Shown in pieces: positions 48,629-51,961 of a stretch of 51,961 bases of DNA (position 1 is the stretch's first letter; each line of letters starts with the position of its first letter). The notes below the pieces were generated by a model. It searched no databases. It had not been told where the DNA came from and saw only the letters and a list, made by a program, of their open reading frames with translations. This DNA comes from Desulfurococcales archaeon ex4484_217_1 (GTDB lineage Archaea > Thermoproteota > Thermoprotei_A > EX4484-217-1), in assembly GCA_002254745.1 (NCBI GenBank), contig NJED01000013.1:1-51961 (forward strand), written 5' to 3'. Position numbers and translations under genes: made by a program.

Positions 48629-49139
48629 ACCTTTTCTTCTTAGTTTTCTCGAACATTTTCTCTAAAGTCCATTTAATAGAGCTTTTAATATCCATTCTCC
48701 TACGCTCATCAAATATGTTTTTAAGCCTAATTTCCTTGATTATCTTCCTATCAACTATAATTTCGTAGTCAAAAGCTTTTGAAGGGTCAAGCTGACCTCT
48801 CTCTATACGGTCTAAATCCTTCTTTTTAATACCTTCAAGAACTCTTGCTATGAAGAACTGTCTGAACGGAGGAACATCTACTGAAAGTTCGGTAAAAGGT
48901 ACTATTCTCATCTCAGTTTTTCCAACATACATTTCGGCTAATAATGTTCCATCAGAGCTTCTTAGAGGCACTATTTTCTCTCCAGGCCTAGGCTCAGCTT
49001 TTATAGGGCTATGGGGACCTATCATACCGGACTCTAATAAGCTAAGTATTAGTTCAAGAACCTCCTTTTCTTTCTTAAGTTCTTGAATCTTCTCTTCAAG
49101 AAACTTCTTAATTTCATCAACCTTTATGTGTTCACCCAT
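48612..49139 (-). CDS. Hypothetical protein (N-terminal coiled coil)
   Basis: 175-aa ORF, convergent with and overlapping the 3' end of 47720-48628 by 17 nt. No family recognised. Confidence 0.5.
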   Translation of the reverse strand: MGEHIKVDEIKKFLEEKIQELKKEKEVLELILSLLESGMIGPHSPIKAEPRPGEKIVPLRSSDGTLLAEMYVGKTEMRIVPFTELSVDVPPFRQFFIARVLEGIKKKDLDRIERGQLDPSKAFDYEIIVDRKIIKEIRLKNIFDERRRMDIKSSIKWTLEKMFEKTKKKRSSLRS

Positions 49140-49234
49140 TACCTAGAAACCACCCTATGCAACCACTAGTCAAATTATTAGTATGGGGAAATAAAAACTA
49201 TATTATTTTTGCGGCATTTTATTTAGCTGTTCTT

Positions 49235-50395
49235 CTACTCTTTATAAACTACTTTCCCTTCAGCAACTACAAGTTTTGGCGTTGAACTCAGTAGGAATGG
49301 GTCATTATTCCATACTGTAAAACTAGCCCACTTACCTTGCTCTAAACTACCAAGTTTATCATTCATTCCTAATATTTTAGCATTATTCAACGTTATAATA
49401 GATAATGCTTCATCCTTGCTCATACCGTACTTTATGAAAAACCTCAATTGCAAGTAGAGATTTCTCTGAAGAACTACGGGATGGTCTGTCATTAATCCAA
49501 AAAATGGTTTCACTTCAACAAGGTACTTTACATTTCTCCAGCTTTCATGTTTTAACTCTGTTTTGTATGGGAAAGAATCTATAGGGCCGTAAACTATAGG
49601 TACGTTTTCCCTCTTTAACCTCTGAAACACTTCTTTACTATGGACATCGCAGGCATGTTCTACTGTGATTCTTAGGTTAAACTCTCTGCGTAGCATCAGT
49701 AAGCACATGATATCGTCTTCCTTATGTACATGTACTCTTAAAATTTCTTCGCCTTTGACTATGGGAAATAACATTCTCAGTTCAGGATCAAATTCTTCTT
49801 CAACTTTCTTACCTTGTTCTATAAGCTTTAATGCGTCTTTTGCTTTTATAAGCCATTTTCTGAAAATCCCTATACCGCCCATTCTAGTATATGGTCTTAA
49901 GCCCTTCCAGTTAGTTGTTCTTCTGGGATTGAACCCTAATGCTGCTTTAACACCAGCATGCTTAATGTATGCTTCCTCCAAATTTTTAGCATAGTTTCTT
50001 ATTACAACGCCTTTACCTCCAATAATATTTCCACTTCCAGGTAAAACACACGAGTACAATACACCCCATTCTATGGACTCTTTAAAGCTTTTATCGTCCA
50101 TGTAGATGCTGTAGAGCGCGTCAACGTGCGGTAGAATACTGTCGTACTCTTCGTTTGCCTCATCTTCCTCCGTAGGTTCACCTGCTCTACGCATACCTAT
50201 GTGACAGTGCGGGTCCACGAATGCAGGTGTTATTACGTTTTCCGGGTTTTCATCAACTATTTCTGCATCTTTAGGAATGTCTTTAGTTATTTCCTTGATA
50301 ATATCGTTTTCCCATACAATGTATGCGTTTTTAATAATTTTACCCGGAATTCCAGTGTAAATTACTTTGGCTCTTATAGCCTTCATAACTTCCAC
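49235..50395 (-). CDS. Metal-dependent amidohydrolase superfamily protein
   Basis: PAFVDPHCHIGM (HxH metal site), later TVEHA and MTDHP motifs; 386 aa. Confidence 0.85.
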   Translation of the reverse strand: MEVMKAIRAKVIYTGIPGKIIKNAYIVWENDIIKEITKDIPKDAEIVDENPENVITPAFVDPHCHIGMRRAGEPTEEDEANEEYDSILPHVDALYSIYMDDKSFKESIEWGVLYSCVLPGSGNIIGGKGVVIRNYAKNLEEAYIKHAGVKAALGFNPRRTTNWKGLRPYTRMGGIGIFRKWLIKAKDALKLIEQGKKVEEEFDPELRMLFPIVKGEEILRVHVHKEDDIMCLLMLRREFNLRITVEHACDVHSKEVFQRLKRENVPIVYGPIDSFPYKTELKHESWRNVKYLVEVKPFFGLMTDHPVVLQRNLYLQLRFFIKYGMSKDEALSIITLNNAKILGMNDKLGSLEQGKWASFTVWNNDPFLLSSTPKLVVAEGKVVYKE

Positions 50396-50447
50396 TCCAA
50401 AACTTCTCTAGGAAAATTTCTTATAAAAGCCTACGCTCTAGGGAATT

Positions 50448-50508
50448 AGTGGATGATGAGAACAGGGTTGCCTAGGGCTTGATGAAGAAGAGTTACTCCG
50501 CTGAATAT
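50448..50508 (+). ncRNA. C/D box sRNA candidate
   Basis: C box AUGAUGA (50453-50459), GAACAGGGUUGC(12), D' CUAG, spacer GGCUUG, C' AUGAAGA, AGAGUUACUCCG(12), D box CUGA (50501-50504). TTATAAAA element about 25 nt upstream. Confidence 0.65.
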
Positions 50509-50517
50509 GATTTTAAT

Positions 50518-51219
50518 TCACGCAACCAGTTTGAGTTTAAGAACTGTTTTAAGAAAATGTATAATATCGGTTATTTTCAGTTTAGATTTCCCTATAACCC
50601 TATTAACGAATACTATGGGATATTCAACTATCTTAAGTCCTAGAAGTTTTGCTATGTAAAGTGATTCAACTTGGAACTCGTATCCTTTAGCTTTAATTCT
50701 CGAAGCTATTTTCTCAAAAGCTTCCCTACGATACATTCTAAAACCTGTTGTAACATCATTTACGTTTAAGCCTAGAATAGTTCTCGCTATGAAGTTAGCT
50801 GTCTTACTTATAATTTTCCTATGCACTTTCCAACCAATTATCCTCCCCCCTTCAACATACCTGCTTCCGAGAACAATATCTGCCCGCTTCTCTTTCAACT
50901 CCTTTAGAAACAATGGAATATACTTGGGATTATGGCTTAAATCAGCGTCCATTGTTACAATACATTCTCCCTTAGAAACCTTGAACCCATCTATATAGGC
51001 TGATCCTAAACCTAGCTTAGCTGGTCTCGCAACTAACTTTACATTAGAATATTTCTTCATACACTTTTTCACAAACTCTATAGTACCATCAGTACTTCCG
51101 TCGTCAACAACTATGATTTCTAGATTTAGGTTTAAGTTTTGAAGCGCAGGTATTAGTTTTTCCAAGTTCTCTCTTTCATTTATTGTAGGTAGTATTACGC
51201 TTACTTCCTTCTTAACCAC
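50518..51219 (-). CDS. GT2-family glycosyltransferase, dolichyl-phosphate mannose/glucose synthase-like
   Basis: VSVILPTINERENL, IIVVDDGSTDGT, MDADLSHNP (DxD region), GFRMYRR. Confidence 0.9.
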   Translation of the reverse strand: MVKKEVSVILPTINERENLEKLIPALQNLNLNLEIIVVDDGSTDGTIEFVKKCMKKYSNVKLVARPAKLGLGSAYIDGFKVSKGECIVTMDADLSHNPKYIPLFLKELKEKRADIVLGSRYVEGGRIIGWKVHRKIISKTANFIARTILGLNVNDVTTGFRMYRREAFEKIASRIKAKGYEFQVESLYIAKLLGLKIVEYPIVFVNRVIGKSKLKITDIIHFLKTVLKLKLVA

Positions 51220-51609
51220 TTAGGTTTTCCTCAAACCTTTTTTAAGGAAACTAGACAATTCCTTATGTATTTCTTTTATAACATTATCTAATTCCTCATC
51301 TCTTACGTTTTTTAACCATATCCTAGCTGAGATTGTTTCGCTAAGGTCCTTGCTTACATGACCTATAAGCTCCATGTTCGCTATAATGTCGCTAAACCTG
51401 TCTAAGCCTACTTCACTAAGGGATTTAGGTTTATAGTAAACTAGTTTTTCCCCTTCAACCTCTACTTCGTCAGTAATTGGGAAGAACCATTTCCTAACAT
51501 ATACGTCCATTGAAATGAGAATTAGTCCTGATGTTAAGGGCATAATTATTGCTCTATTAAACTTATCTATCCACAATTCTCTTACACTATCAACATCTAC
51601 TAAATGCAA
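51220..51609 (-). CDS. Hypothetical protein, directly abutting the GT2 gene
   Basis: 129-aa ORF whose stop is adjacent to the start of 50518-51219; no family recognised. Confidence 0.5.
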   Translation of the reverse strand: MHLVDVDSVRELWIDKFNRAIIMPLTSGLILISMDVYVRKWFFPITDEVEVEGEKLVYYKPKSLSEVGLDRFSDIIANMELIGHVSKDLSETISARIWLKNVRDEELDNVIKEIHKELSSFLKKGLRKT

Positions 51610-51626
51610 TTTAGAATATTCCTCGT

Positions 51627-51848
51627 TTAGTAAAGTTTTAGTTCAAATCCGTCAAATGGGCACTTATAGTGTAGTCTTTTAGCGTCGGCATCGCAATATA
51701 GTATTTTAAATCCTTTACTATGGCATTTAGGGCAATAGTATATGGTGTCTTTGACTATGTTAAGCTTTTTAGCGCAAATATAGCATTTAGCGGTAATCCA
51801 TCCCCTATGACCCATAGCCGAAGCTCCAGCTATAGACCCTAGAGACAC
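51627..51848 (-). CDS. Small zinc-ribbon protein
   Basis: CYIC...CPKC...CDADAKRLHYKC spacing suggests two CxxC-type knuckles; 73 aa. Confidence 0.5.
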   Translation of the reverse strand: MSLGSIAGASAMGHRGWITAKCYICAKKLNIVKDTIYYCPKCHSKGFKILYCDADAKRLHYKCPFDGFELKLY

Positions 51849-51924
51849 TAGAACCTCACCTTTTCTTTATGGAGTTCAGCGTGAACTATATAGTTTTCTG
51901 AATTATTAACTTTACGGGGCGGCG

Positions 51925-51961
51925 GAGAGCTTTGGCATCGGGACGTTGTTGCTTGCTGGAA
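51925..51961 (+). other. GC-rich segment at the window edge; possible 5' end of a structured RNA gene (unidentified)
   Basis: GGGGCGGCGGAGAGCUUUGGCAUCGGGACGUUG... rises sharply in GC after AT-rich, TATA-like DNA. It does not fold as a tRNA cloverleaf in my hands and is truncated by the window end. Confidence 0.25.

Noticed and set aside
51925-51961. tRNA gene at the GC-rich window end
   Set aside because: After a possible 7-nt acceptor strand the sequence does not form a D-arm (GAGA cannot pair with the downstream segment). The conserved U8/A14/GG D-loop features are also lacking.

Overview
AT-rich (roughly 37-38% GC by eye), gene-dense chromosomal segment of a hyperthermophilic crenarchaeon, probably Desulfurococcales-like. 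The lineage call rests on gene content: thermosome, the cdvA-cdvB-cdvC (ESCRT-III/Vps4) division operon plus a divergent extra ESCRT-III paralog, Cren7-type chromatin protein, archaeal MAT, NucS, TIP49, DUF460, NFACT and archaeal C/D box sRNAs. Most genes are housekeeping: topoisomerase IA, enolase, PyrG, DNA ligase, GlmM, Rio2, DRG GTPase, a TroA/ZnuABC-type metal transporter with a DtxR repressor, and three tandem CBS-domain proteins. No CRISPR array, transposase, integrase, tRNA or rRNA gene was recognised. Five observations stand out. (1) At least 11 conserved genes carry lesions: in-frame losses of catalytic segments, frameshifts in homopolymer runs, 7-bp and 15-bp tandem duplications, and a tail-to-tail fusion of two convergent genes. 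This means either real gene decay or assembly/sequencing artefacts. (2) A 50-aa ORF missing from the ORF track encodes a Cren7-like protein whose beta-turns are replaced by a C2-CH zinc-knuckle pattern. A longer acidic-tailed paralog lies at 4186-4500. (3) Four intergenic candidates have archaeal C/D box sRNA architecture. (4) A perfect 19-bp DtxR-type palindrome sits directly upstream of the metal ABC transporter. (5) A 72-bp imperfect palindrome built from repeated promoter-like ACATGTTTAAATA modules lies in a 320-bp intergenic gap. I did not find a convincing multi-gene system that is clearly new. Function calls come from recalled family motifs, not database searches.
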